This document shows, piece after piece, positions 50,514 to 63,923 of a stretch of 64,000 nucleotides of DNA; positions within the stretch are counted from its first letter, which is position 1; each line of letters starts with the position of its first letter. A model generated the notes under the pieces. It was not told the origin of the DNA. It ran no database searches and worked only from the letters and a program-made list of their open reading frames with translations. The position numbers and the translations under genes were made by a program. The stretch is from Mobula hypostoma (Eukaryota), in assembly GCF_963921235.1 (NCBI RefSeq), contig NC_086097.1:175276001-175340000 (forward strand). The letters are read 5' to 3'.

Positions 50514-53018
50514 CTGTCACACAGAGAGATTCACGTCAAACCTGCAGCTGGTTCTTCAACAACTGCGAGAGGACTAGGCTAAAGGAATCGTCAGATAATA
50601 GAGAATTGGGTTGGTATTAGAGAAGGAGAATTTTGCGGGCTGCTTGAGGAAAGGAAATGTTTGTTCTTTCCATGTAGATTAATAAAGCATGAAAATTGGC
50701 CTTTGGCCCAACTTCTCCATGCCAGTCATGTGCAAAGCAAGTTAAATCCCATTTGCCTGTGTTTGGCCTATATCCTTCTCAAATTTTCCTATTCATTCAC
50801 CTATCCAAATGTACTGTATTTTAAATGTTTTTTATAGCACTGCCTCAACTACTTTCTCTGATAGCTCATTCCATATATGTACCATCCCCTGGGTGAAGAA
50901 GTTGTCCCTCCAGTCTCTTTTAAATGTTTTCCCCTCTCATCTCAAATCTATTCCCTCTAATTATCAATTCTATTTCCTGAGGAGTATATTTCTCTTTCTT
51001 GAGGAGCATATATAGGGTGATTGTGCATTCACCCTAGATATACCCCTCTTGATTTTAGACATCTCCTTAAGGTCACCCCTCAATCTCTTATATTCAAAGG
51101 AATAACATCCCATCCTGCCCAGCCTCTATCTATGCCTCAGGCCCTTCAGTCCTGGCAGCACCCTTATAAATTTTCTCTGCATTCTTTCCAATTTAATGCT
51201 GTCTTTCCTATAAGAGATCGACCAAAACTGCACTCAATACTCCAAGCGTAGTCGCACTAACACATCTTGTACAACTGCAACATAGCGGCCCAACACCCCG
51301 ACTGATGAAGGCAACCATGCCAAACCAGAGGACATGGATTTGTGAGGTTTAGAGGGGATCTGAGGGAGAAACCAAAAACTTCGTGCCTTTAAGACCAGAG
51401 GGGATGCAATTAATGTGAGGTTGGGGAAGTTCAAGGAAGTTGTGCTGAGCAAGTTTTTTCATCTGAAGAATGGTGGGTGCCTGGAGAGTCCTGCCAGGGT
51501 TGTGGTGGAGGCATTTAAGAGGCTCTTAGATAGACACATGAATGTGCAGAGAATGGATGGATATGGATCATGTGCAGGGAGAAAGGATTAATGTAAAGGC
51601 GTCATTTGCGTAATCATTTTGTAACAACATCACGGTCTGAAGGCGCTGTTCCTGTGCTGTATTCTTCTGTATTCTATGTTCTAATTCCCTTTGCCCATAA
51701 GATGGTTGAAATCTTAAACACGCTGATGAGGGCAGGTCCTCTCACAACATTTAAGAAACAGCTGGATGAGCATTTGAACTACCCAGGCACTAACACCTAT
51801 GGACCAAGTGCTGGCAAAGGGAATTAGTGAAGTACTTGTTGGTTATCATCAATGTGGTGGGCTGAATGGCCCTCTTCTATGAGTATTAGATCAGCTATAA
51901 TCTTATTGACTTGTGGACTATGATCCAGGGCCACATTTCCCCCCTTGCTTCTTTTTCTTAAGCTCTTGGAAAATGAGTCAAATATTATTTTTTGAAAGAA
52001 GTGGGGCAGAGAATCAAGCTGTATATTTGGCAGCAGTTTGGGTCACATCATGGCAACGGTCTGTAGAATTGTATGGTTTGTAAGGTAGCAAGGTTGACAT
52101 TGGTCTCACCATCTTGTGATATGATCAGTGAAATTGCAAACCAGAAGAATAGGCAGAAGTGACTGGCTACTGTCAATCAGTGAGAGGTGAGGCAGAAGAG
52201 ATTCTGCAGGTGCTGGAAATCTTAAGCAACACACACACACACACGCACACAATGCTGGAGAAGCTCAGCAGGTCAGGCAGCATCTATGGAGGGAAATAAA
52301 GAAACCTGATGAACAGGTTCAGCCTGAGATGTCGACTGGTTGTTTCCCTCCCAAATGCTGCCGGCCATGCTGAGTTCTTCCAGTATTTTGTGTGTGGAAA
52401 AATACTGGAGGAACTCCATGGAATCTGTCTGCATTTCTCACTGCCTTAACGGTGGGTGGGGTCATTGAATATGCTGGCTGCTTTCTTAAGAGGATCCTCT
52501 TCTATCAGACAGAAAATACAAAAGTCTGGAAGCACGTACCACCAGGCTCAAGGACAGTTTCTAACCCACTGCAATAAGGTGATTCCCTAGTATGATAAAT
52601 TGACCTCTTGGCCACACATTCCACCTCATCATGATCTTGCACCTTATTGCTGACCTGCACTGCATTTGCTCTGTAGCTGTTACACATTAATCTCCATTGT
52701 CAGTGTCTTACCTTCCTCTCTACCTCAGTGCACTGTGTAATGATTGATCAGTAAGCAAGCCAAGCTTTTCACTATCTCTCAGTGCACATGACATTAATAA
52801 ACCAACTCCATAATGTGTCCAAGGGTAATTAATGCATTCCTCACTAGCAATGTCCATATGGCATGAACAAGCAGAAGATAACCCTCACCATATATTAAGA
52901 ACAGTGTCCAAGGTACTGTACATACTTAGTTATCAACCCCAAGGAACTGAATGGATAAAACAGCAACGAATGAAGAAAATGAACCAGTCTTTAGAGGAAT
53001 ACCAAGTCATGCTCTTAC

Positions 53019-53136
53019 CCACTTCCCTTGAATACGGAGATGTAGTTAGCTTCCCCAGTCCAAGGCTTAAAATTAATGCAAGACTTAAGGCGATATTGTT
53101 CAAAAGCTTTAAGGATGACACCTTTAGCATTTACAT
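53019..53136 (-). CDS. mep1b: Meprin A beta exon 6 (astacin domain)
   Basis: [40 protein letters not shown]; ccacag| and |gtaaga; 118 nt. Confidence 0.96.
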
Positions 53137-53994
53137 CTGTGGGAAAGACGGGAGATCATATTTCAAATGGTCGCCTTTGCAAACTTCACCTTAGGGTCAC
53201 AGAATCATTGAAATTTGCCGCATGGGAATAGGCCATTCAGCCCATTGTGTTCATGCTTGCCAAGAATGGACTTTAGGTTAATCCTACTTCCCAGATCCAG
53301 ATCACAAGCATTGCAGGTTATGGCGTCTCAAAGGTTTATCAAGGTGTGGTTCAGTGATTCTGCCTTCAGATCCCTTTCAGACCATAAGTTCCACACCAGC
53401 CGCACTCAATGAGTTTAATAATCCTCTCTCAATCCCTTCTGATCTGATTGATTTCAAAAGAAGTTTGTACTGAAAACCCCAATTTTGGAATTTGAACTCA
53501 GAGTCTGTGCAGAACAAGTTTCAGCTAGAGACTGTTGCTGAAAAAAAACTTTGTTCAAACACTATCAGAAAAGCAGTACCACAAAAATGACAAGAACATA
53601 AGTGACCATTAGAAATTATGTTTGGGGTAGGTATCTTATCGATCACTGAACCAATAAAATATAAGCCAATGAACTTCAGAACTCAAACTCGAGGAAATCT
53701 GCAGATGCTGGAAATTCAAAGCAACACACATAAAAAATGCCGGCGAACGCAGCAGGCCAGGATGAAGGGTCTTGGCCCGAAACGTCAACTGTACCTCTTC
53801 CTGTAGATGCTGCCTGGCCTGCTGTGTTCACCAGCAACTTTTATGTGAAATTCAAAACTCTGCAGGTGGTGGAAATCTGAAACCAAAACCCTGGATAGAG
53901 TGGATGCATAGAGGATGCTTCCATTAGCAGGAGAATCTAGGATCTGAGGGCATCACCTCAGAAGAGAAAGATATCCCTTTAGAACTGAGATGGA

Positions 53995-56900
53995 ATCATG
54001 GAGTCATAGAAAAGTACAGCACAGAGGCAGGCCCTTCAGCCCATCTAGTCTGTGCAGAATAACCTAAACTGCCTACTCCCAATGAGCTGCATTGTGACCA
54101 TAGCCCTCCAATCTCCTGCCATCCATGTACCGATCCAAGCTTCTCTTAAACGTTGAAATTGAGCACGCATACACCACTTGCACTGGTGTCTTGTTCCACA
54201 CTCTAATGACCCCTTGGATAAAGAAGTTTCCTTTCATGTTCCCCTTAAACTTTTCACCTTTCACCCTTAACCCACGATCTCTGTTTGAAGTCCCACCCAA
54301 CCTCAGTGAAAAAAGCCTGCTTGCATTTACTTTATATATACCCCTCATAAATTTGTATACCTCTACGAAATTTCTCTTCAATCTTCCACATCCTTAGGAA
54401 TAAAATCCTAACTTATGAAGAACAAAATGCCAGAAACTTTCTCAACGACCCTGTGACAACACTTCCAATGAATTATGTACTTGTATTCCCAGATCACTTT
54501 GTTCTACAGTACTTCTCAGTGCCCTACCATTCACTGTGTAAGACCTATCTTGGTTGGCCCTACCAAAGTGCAACATCTTGCACTTGTCTACATTAAATTC
54601 CATCTGCTATTTTTCAGTCCATTTTTCCATCTGATACAGTTCCCTCTGCAAGCCATGATAGCCTTCCTCACCATCCACCTCACCCTCAATCTTGGTGTCA
54701 TCTGCAAATTTGCTGATCCAGTTAACCACATTATCATCCAGATCATTGATATAGATGACAAACAACAATGGATTCAGCACTGATCCCTGTGGCACTCCAC
54801 TAGTCACAGGCCTCCAGTCAGAGAGGCAACCCTCTACTGCCACTCTCTAGCTTCTCCCACAAAGCCAATGTCTACTCCAATTTACTATCTCATCTTGAAT
54901 GCTAAGCAACTGAATCTTCTTGATCAACCTCCCATGTGGGACCTTGTCAAAGGCCTTGTAAAACTCAGTGTAGACAAAATCCACTGCCTTGCCTTCATCA
55001 CCTATTTGGTAATTTCCTAGAAAAACTCCAAAATATTGGTTAGATGTGACTTACCAGACACAAAGCCATGCTGACAATCCCTAATCAGTCCAAAGACACA
55101 TATATCCTGTGTAAAATAACTTCCGATAACTTTTCCATAACTGATGTCAGGCCTACAGGTTCCTGGTTTATTTTTAGAGCCTTTTTTAAACAGCAGAACA
55201 ACATTAGCTATCCTCCAATGCTTTGATATCTCACCTGTCGCTAAGGACGATTTAAATATCTTTGCTAGGACCCCTGCAAATTCTGCATTTGCCTCCCACA
55301 AGGTTTGAGGGAACACCTTGTCAAGCCCTGGGGATTTGTCCACCCTAATTTGCCTCAAGACAGCAACATCTCCTCTGTAATCTGTATAGGGTCCATTACT
55401 TCACTACTGCTTTGCCTCATCTGTGTCAACTCTGGGCCAATCTCCTGAGTAAATACAGACACAAAAAAATTCATTTAAGATCTCTCCCATCTCTTTTGGC
55501 TCTATGCATAGATTACCATTCTGATCTTCCTGAGGACTGATTTTGTCCCTTGCAATCATTTTGCTCTTAAAATATCTGCAGATTCCTATAGGATTCTCCT
55601 TCACCTTGTCTGCCAGTAAAACCTCATGCCTTCTTTTAAACCTCCTGACTTTTTTTCTAAGTGTTCTCTTGCGTATCTTACACTCCATAAGCACCTCATT
55701 TGTTCCTACCTGCCTAAACCTGCTATGCACCTCCTTTTTTGTTCTTAACCAGGGCCTCAATACCTCTTGAAAACCAAGATTCCTTAAACCTGTTATCTCT
55801 ACCTTTTATTCTGACCAGTACATGCAAGACTTCCACTCTCAAAATTTCACTGTGATGGCTTCCCATCTACCAAGTACACTTTTGCTAGAAAACAGGCCGT
55901 CCTAATCCACATGTGCCAGTTCCTTTCAGATACCATCAACATTGGTCTTTCTCCAATTTCGAATCTCAACCCGCAGACCGGATCTATTTTTTTTTCCATA
56001 TTTACTTTGAAACAGATGGCATTATGATCACTAGATGCAGAATATTCCCCTCATTCCTTATGGGAGTCCCAGTCAATAAGTGGAAAGTTAAAATCACCTA
56101 CTCTTACAACCTTATGTTTCTTGCAAGAGTCTGTGATCTCTCTACAAATTTATTCTCTAAATCCTGTGGACTGTTAGATGGTCTATAATATAGATCCATT
56201 AATGTGGTCATACTTTTCTTATTCCTCAGTCCCACCCATAGAGCCTCGCTAGACGAGATAGATCCCCAGTCTGTCCTGACTGAGCACTGCTGTGACATTT
56301 TCCCTGACTAGTAAAGCCACCTCTCCCCTTTTAATCCCTGCTACTCTGTCCATTCCGAAACAATGGAACACCAGAATATCGAGCTGCCAGTCCTGCTCTT
56401 CCTGCAACCACGTCTCACTATTGGTTACAATATCACAATTCCATGTGTTCATCCAGACTTGAGCTCATCTGCCTTTCCTACAATACTTCTTGCATTGAAA
56501 CATACACAGTTCAGTACATTAGTCACACCATGCTCAACCTTTTGATTCCTGACTTCGTCTGAGATCTTAGCAACAGCTGCCCCTACAACCTCTCCACTGT
56601 CTGTTCTGGAGCTCTGGTTCCCATCCCCTTGCATCTCAAGTTTAAACCCCTCTCCCCACCCAAGTAGCACTAGCAAACCTTCCCACTAAGATATTAGTCC
56701 CCATCCAGTTCAGGTGCAAATAGTCTCTTCTGTACAGGTCCCACCTGCCCTTGAAGAGAGCCCAAAGATCCAAAAATCTTACGCCCTCCCTCATACCCCA
56801 ACTCCCTAACCACACGTTTGACTGTATAATCTTCCTAGTTCTGGCCTCACTAGCACATGCCATGGGTAGCTATCCTGAGGTCACAACCCTGGCAGTCCCG

Positions 56901-57760
56901 TCCTTTAACTTAGCACCTACTTGCCTGAACTCATTTTGCAGTACCTCGTCGCCCTTCGTACCATGTCATTGGTACCTACATGGTCCAATGGTACATTTCC
57001 TCCCAACTTGCAGGGTCCGGGACATCTTGGATCAAGTCCTCATGCTTAAGAATGCTGAGTACTTGATCTGAGATGTCCCTGACCCTGGCACTCGGGAAGC
57101 AACATACCGTCCGAAAATCTCAATCCCGTCCACAGAACCTCCTTTCTGTTCCCCTAACTAATGAATCCCCCTATCACCACAGGTCACCTCTCCCCCCCCT
57201 TATAAATTGCAGAGTCAGGCTCAGTGCCACAGACCTGACTGCTGTAACTTTCCTCTGACTGTTTAACCCCTTTACCCTTCCTGACTGCCACCCAGTCTCC
57301 TGTGTCCTGCACCTTGGGTGTAACTATCTTTCTATACGTCCTATCTATCACTCCCTTAGCTTCCTGAATAATCCATAGTTCATCCATTTCCAGCTCTAAT
57401 TCCTTAACATGGAGTGTTAAAGCTGCAGCTGGATGTACTTCGCATGGGTGAAATCATCAGGATTGCTCCTAACTATGTGTTACCTGACTGTAAACTTCAA
57501 TAATTATTATCAATTAATACAATCCCAATTGCCCTGTACTTTTCTTTTGTAATGTGTTTGATGTTGAAACTAATAAAAAGATTGAAAAAGAAGAAGAAAG
57601 GATTGCTGGAGGTCTCCCAGCCTTCCCACATCCCACAGTAAGAGCATCCAATTAACCTGCATGGCATCCCTACTGTTGTAACTCTGCAAATATAAAGAAG
57701 GAAAACAATAAATAAACTGGGGAAAATATTTACCTTTAGTGTTTGTATAGCTATAGCTAC
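53995..57760 (-). mobile_element. Near full-length degenerate CR1 LINE (ORF1 esterase-like region and ORF2)
   Basis: ORF1 pieces CSYCGMWE and FLDLWALFKGRWDLYRRDYLHLN (SGNH-esterase-like); ORF2 pieces NARSIVGKADEL, ETWLQE, DKSPGLD, GVPQGSVL, KFADDTK. Confidence 0.9.
57468..57598 (+). mobile_element. Short L1-like 3' end inserted in CR1 ORF1
   Basis: AATAAA plus A-rich tail; TSD aggattgct at 57459-57467 and 57599-57607. Confidence 0.6.
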
Positions 57761-57914
57761 CTCCAGGAATTCCCTCATCTCAAGAGGGTGCTGAATCTGT
57801 GGAAACTGTTACCACGGAGGACTTGGAGGCCAAGTCTTTGAGCATAAATTGGTATGTTATTGATTGGTGGGGGGGGGGCGCGGGTTAAGAGTAATGGTGA
57901 GAGAAGGTGGAGAA

Positions 57915-60200
57915 TCCTACAGAAATCTAGAGATATGTTAAGAGCGAAAGAATTGCAAGGGACAAAATTGGTCCTCTGGAACAGTGGTCCCCAACCTCCG
58001 GGCCGTGGACCGATACCGGGCCGCAAAGCATGCAGGGATGCAGCGGTAGCTGGAGCACACCCAGCACATCTTTAAGAAAAAGCCGAAATAAACAAGCTAA
58101 TTAATTAGGTGCTGCCCAGAAGCCAGTCTTCATTAGAGGAACTGAGGTGGAAAGGGTAAATAACTTTAAATTCTTCGGCATTAAGGATCGACGTTTCTCT
58201 CTCTGAAAAGTGTCAGAGGATCTGTCCTGGGACCAGCACGTAACTGTCATTACAAAGAAAGCACGGCAGCGCCAATACTTTATTAGAAGTTTGTGCAGAT
58301 TCAACATGTCACGTCGATCCTGATAGCCCTGTCTTTTCAGCCTGTCTGGGCTGGCGTTTAATTTGACCAAACAATGGAACAGCTGAAGGGTCCAGCACCC
58401 TGAAAAGAGGAGTGAACATCGTGTACAGCAAGTGAAATCGACAATCACCTCTGATCTGGGCTGATATTTACATGCCGGGTGGCACCTAATTAATTAACTT
58501 GTTTATTTTGGCTTTTTTCTTAAAGATGTGCTGGTTGCACTGCGGCTACCGCAGCACCCCTGCATGCTTCGCGGCCTGGTATCGGTCCACGGCCTGGAGG
58601 TTGGGGACCACTGCTCTGGAAGATCAGAATTGTAATCCATGCATGGAGCCAAAGTAGATGGGGGAGATTTAAGTACATCTTTTGCATGTGTATTTATCTG
58701 GGAGACAGGCACAGAGTCTTTAGAAGTGAGGCAAAGTAGCAGGGTGTTGCTGTATCCTATACAGATTACATAAGAGGAAGTTTTTGCTGACTTGAGGCAA
58801 ATTAGGGTGGACAGATCCCCAGGGCCTGACAAAGTGTTCCCTTGGACCCTGTGGGAGGCAAGTGCAGAATTTTCTGGGGCCCTAGCAGAGATATTTAAGT
58901 CATACTTAACAACAGGTGAGATACCGGAGGATTGGAGGATATGTTCCGCTGTTTAAGAAGGGCTCGAAAGATAAACCAGGAAATTATAGGCCAGTGAGCC
59001 TGACATAAGTAGTGGGAAAGTTAATGGAAGATATTCTAAGGGACTAGATATATAAGTATTTGGACTTTGTGTGTAGGAAGTCATATCTAACCAATCTTAT
59101 GGAGTTTTTCGAGGAAGTTACCAAGAAGGAGAATGAGACAAGGCAGTGGGTGTTGTCTACATGGACTTCAGCAAGGCATTTGACAAGGTCCCACATAGGA
59201 GCTTGATCAAGAAGGTTTAGTTGCTTGGCATGCAAGATGAGGTAGTAAATTGGATTAGATATTGGCTTTGTGATCTGGATAACTGGCTGAGCAAATTTGC
59301 AGATGACACCAAGACTGGGGGTGTAATAAGCAGTGAGAAAGACTATCAGAGCATGCAGCAAGATCCAGACGAGCTGGAGAAATGGACTCAAAAATGGCAG
59401 ATTGAACTTAATGCAGACAAGTGCGAAGTGTTGCACGTTGTAGGACCAACCAGGGTAGGTCTAACACAGGGTAGGACACTGAGGAGTGTGGTAGAACAAA
59501 GGGACCTGGGAAAACAGATCCATAATTCATTGAAAGTATTGTCACAGGTAGATCGGGTCAGAAAGAAAACTTTTGGTATATTGGCTTAATAAATCAAAGT
59601 ATTGGGTACAGGAGATGGGATGTTTTGCTGAAGTTGTATAAGGCAATAGTAAGGTCTAATTTGGAATATTGTGTGCAGTTTTGGTCACCTAACTACAGGA
59701 AAGATGTAAATAAGATTGAAAGAGTATAGAAAAAATTTACAAGGATGTTGCCGGGTCTGGAGGACTTGAGCTATAAGGAAAGATTGAATAGGTTAGCACT
59801 TTATTCCTTTGAACGTAGAAGATTGAGGGGAGATTTGATGGAGGTATAAAAAATTATGAGGGGTATAGATACTGTAGGATAAATGCAAGCAGGCTTTTTC
59901 TACTGAGGTTGGGTGGGACCACCATTAGAGGTCATGGGTTAAGGGTGAAAAGTTTAAGGGAAACATAAGGGGAGATTTCTTCATTCAGAGGTTTGTGAGA
60001 GTGTGGAACGAGCTGCCAGCGTAAGTGGTGCATTTGAACTCAATTTCAATGTTTAAGAAAAGTTTGAATAAGTATGTGGATGGCGGGGATATGGAGGACT
60101 ATGGTGCCGGTGCACGTTGATGGAACTGGGCTGTTTAAATGGTTCGGCATGGACTTGATGGGCTGAACAGCCTGTTTCTGTGCTCCACTTTTCTTTGACT
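57915..60200 (+). mobile_element. CR1 LINE ORF2 fragment interrupted by a hAT MITE
   Basis: KFADDTK...WQIELNADKCEVLH; sequence contiguous across the ctctggaa duplication. Confidence 0.88.
57982..58613. mobile_element. Non-autonomous hAT (Charlie-like) element with long TIRs
   Basis: Termini CAGTGGTCCCCAACC...GGTTGGGGACCACTG, ~135-bp imperfect inverted arms, perfect 8-bp TSD ctctggaa (57974-57981, 58614-58621). Confidence 0.93.
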
Positions 60201-61384
60201 CTAATATGGTATGCAGTCAATGTAAATCTGAAATAAAATCAATTGCCAAGAACGATTGTCAACTCGAAACCTCACTTCTGTTGCTCACGACAGATGCTCC
60301 CTGACCAGTTGAGCATTTCCTGCATATAGAGCATATGGTTTTCATACCAGTGACACCAATCCAAAGGGTTGGCGTTATATTCTGGGTCTGAGGTTACCTG
60401 ACTCTGGAGAGGACTAGGATTCAAAAGCAAGGATGTACTGCTGAGGCTGTGTATGACATTGGCCAGGCCACATTTGGAATATCATAAGCAATTTTGGGCC
60501 TTGCATCTAAGGAAAGTTGTGCTGGCCCTGGAGAGGGCTCAGAGGAATTTCTCAGGAATGATCACAGGAATGAAAGTTTTAATGTATGAGGAATGTTTGA
60601 TGTCCCTGGGACTGTACTCTGTGGAGTTCAGAAGGATGTAGGGGAAATCTCATTGTAACCCAGCAGATACTGAAAGGCCTAAAGAGTCTGATGTGGAGAA
60701 AATGTTTCCATTAGTAGGAAAATCTGGAATCCTAGGGAACAGCCACAGAATAAAAGATGTCCATGTAAAACTGAGATAATAAGGAATTTCTTCAGCCAGA
60801 GAATGGTGATCTATGGAACTCATTGCCACAGAGAGCTGTGGCAGCCAAGTCATCGGGGTGTATTTACTACGGAGACTGATAGGTCCTTGATTAGGGGATT
60901 AGAAGTTATGGGGAAAAGGTGGGAAGATGGGGATGAAAATAAATAAAATTAGCTATAATTGAACGGCATAGCTGACTTGCCGAGTCGAATGGTCTACTTT
61001 GCTCTTAAATCGTATGAACTTATGTGTTCGTTAATTCTCTGATTTTACTTACAGGGACTCACTAGACAAAGGCCTGGTGGTGAAATTCACTGAATTATAC
61101 AATTGGATAGTCACGGTCCTTTAAGGCCAGTGACCTGGTTAATAATCTCAGTCAAGTAAAAAGTACAAAGTTTAGAATCCTCTAATTAACCATAAATGCT
61201 TCATGGAACAACTATCACATTATCTAAGCAAAAAGTCAAGCTGAAATATAATACCTTGCTAAAATTCGTCTATAGTTAGTTGATAAAATGAATCTGCAAA
61301 TTAGAAATGCAAAATGAAAGCACTTAATTGCAATCTGGGTTAAAGTACCACAATAATTGGATTTCATTCCGTGTTATTACCCAC

Positions 61385-61463
61385 CTAAGCTATCTTCCAG
61401 ATAGTATGGAATCATCTTTGGCCACCTGTATTTTTCATCAGCAATTGCACTTCTGGCAGTGGT
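61385..61463 (-). CDS. mep1b: Meprin A beta exon 5 (propeptide cleavage site and mature N-terminus)
   Basis: TTARSAIADEKYRWPKMIPYYLEDSL; aatcag| and |gtgggt; 79 nt. Confidence 0.93.
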
Positions 61464-61578
61464 CTGATTTCAAAGGTAATGCAAAACAATTCAGTCATCC
61501 TCATAGCAATACATGGGGTAAATTTATGTAAACATTCTGCTTTTCTCAACATACCAGAAAAAAATGTCACGAGCTTAC

Positions 61579-61622
61579 CATATCGTGCATGATATCTCCT
61601 TCTATGAGATCCAGTCCAAGTT
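61579..61622 (-). CDS. mep1b: Meprin A beta exon 4 (propeptide, EGDI Asp-switch motif)
   Basis: ELGLDLIEGDIMHDM; ctgcag| and |gtaagc; 44 nt. Confidence 0.93.
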
Positions 61623-63283
61623 CTGCAGAGAATAAACAGACATTATCCATCGGTTTATACTTCTCGCTGTCTCAGTAAAGCAGCCAGCATAATCAAACTC
61701 CCCACCCATCCCAGACATTCTCTCTTCCCGCCTGTCCCATTGGGCCGAAGATACAAAAGCACGAACCAGTGCACTCAAGGACAGCTTCTAGCCTGCTGTT
61801 ATAGGACAATTGAATGGTTCCTTCAGGCAAAAAGATAGGCTCTTGCCCTCACAATCTACCTAGTTATGATCTTCCACCTTATTGTCTTCCTGCACCGCAC
61901 TTTCTCAGTAGCTGTTACGCTTTATTCTGCATTCTGTTATTGTTTTACCTTATTCAATCTCAATACACTGTGTAATGATCTGATCTGTGTGAACAGTATG
62001 CAAGACAAGCTTTCCACTGTACATGTGTCAATAATGAACCTATTCCAGTTCCACATTCCAAGGGCATGGGAGAAGGTGGAGAAGAGGATGGTACTTGGAT
62101 GGAAAGGTTATATCCAGCAATAAAAGGTGAATAGACTGAGACAGTTTGTCTCAAAGAGGGAATGAGAATCTCACAAAGGTCTTTAAAGCAAAGATGCTTG
62201 TACAGAATTTTCAGAATGGGCCTGTTTCCATACTGGATGACTCCATGGCAGAGGAGATGCTCCCACGTGTGTGTGGTGCTCTTGACCTGGGAGCCATAAA
62301 CACACGGGGGGGGGTGTGGGGGGAGGATCACTGGTGTGTCCAACAGAAGCTTCATCCAGTCGGTGATTAAAATGTGCAGATTGCTACCACATCAAGCTAT
62401 TGAGGAAAGTAGTGATGGTAAGTGTATGATAAACACAGGAAGGGGAGATGAACCAATTCTGCATTATATGTTCTGATAATTCTATCTAAAATTAAGCAAA
62501 ACATTGAAAATTGAAGATACTTCCATCACAGCAGGCTGCACCAAAGTGGATTCAGGCAGCAGTGAAACTGAGCCAGCAGTGAAGCCAGCATTTGTTTGTC
62601 ATCATGGATTACTTGCCCGAAATCAGTCACGGCCCACCGCAGATAGAAAGCGCAGTGGAGGGGCACAGCTGTCTAGGTCAGAATAGCTGAAGACCACAGC
62701 GCACTGCACAAGCATTAAGACCATACGGCCATGAAACGTAGGAGCAGAATTAGGCCATTCAGCCCAACAAGCCTGCTCTGCCATTTGATCATGGCTCTTT
62801 TATTTTCATTCTCAAAACCATTCTCCTACCTTCTTCCCATAATCTTTTACACCCTTACTAAGTAAGTACCTAATAACCTCTACTTTATATATACCCAATG
62901 ACTCGGCCTGCTCAGCCACCTGTGGCAAATAATTCCACCTTATGGTTAAAGAAATTCTTCGTCATCACTGCTCTAAAGGGACATCCTTCTGCTCTGAGGC
63001 TTAGACTCTCCCAATATTGGAAACATCCTCTCCATATTCCCTCTATCTAGGCCTTTCGAAGAGAGGGAGAGGAGCCCTACACAGCAGGGGGTGAGGAGTT
63101 CAACCAGCCAGAAAGAGGATTGCAACCTTCACCCCTGCTACAGGGTGTCCCAAGCACATTTTGAATTGGTGTTGTCACGTTGCAGCCAATTTCGACACAA
63201 CATGCTCTCATTACCTTAACCTTACTGAAAGTAAATATTGACAACATCCACATCACACATGATTACAAATGGTGTAAAATTAC

Positions 63284-63334
63284 CTTCATTTATGTCGAAT
63301 ATGTCTTGATCTAATCCAGCGTCGACATCCTCTT
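63284..63334 (-). CDS. mep1b: Meprin A beta exon 3 (propeptide)
   Basis: EDVDAGLDQDIFDINE (human VDGGMDQDIFDINE); atccag| and |gtaatt; 51 nt. Confidence 0.92.
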
Positions 63335-63892
63335 CTGGATGAGAGGCCAAAAAGAGGTTTCTTCAGTCATCTTTTTCAATGCTGAGAGTATTCTTTGTGC
63401 AGCTCAGAAAGCCATTTTTGACCCTCTACACCAGAGTTTTGAAAGAGGGGATACATTCCCAGCTGCCGCTGCTGTTCCCACTCTTCCCTCCCCCATCTGC
63501 CAATCATCCCTCCTCACCTGGATCGACCTATCACTTGCCAACACTTTCTTGGCCCCCTTCCTCTCTCTGCTTAATGGAGGCTAACTCCGCTCTAGCCTTT
63601 CAGCTTAACCTTGACCTGAAATATTGACTGTCCATTTCACTCCACATTTGCTGCCTGACCCACTGAGTTCCTCCAGCACTTTACTTTTGGTTCTGCATTC
63701 CAGCATCTGCTGTCTTCATTTCCCCCAACTCTGAATCATTTGCTCCAAGTCTTTATCCAATTCCCTTCTGAATGTATTTATTGAGCCACCTTCCGGAATG
63801 TGACTACCTGAAACATTGATGTTCATTCTTCTATACATTGCTGGATGGATTTAATACAGAAAGTTTAAGCTTCCTCTTCAATTTATACTTAC

Positions 63893-63923
63893 CATTTGTA
63901 CTTAGTAGCATTCCAAGGTCAAT
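63893..63923 (-). CDS. mep1b: Meprin A beta probable exon 2 (micro-exon)
   Basis: ttgtttccag|ATT GAC CTT GGA ATG CTA CTA AGT ACA AAT G|gtaagt; phase 0 to 1, compatible with exon 3. Supported by splice signals rather than by similarity. Confidence 0.65.

Noticed and set aside
17211..63923. Assignment as meprin alpha (mep1a)
   Set aside because: No furin-cleaved inserted domain, and exon sizes and motifs ([23 protein letters not shown], short terminal exon) fit the beta subunit better. A phylogeny would be decisive.
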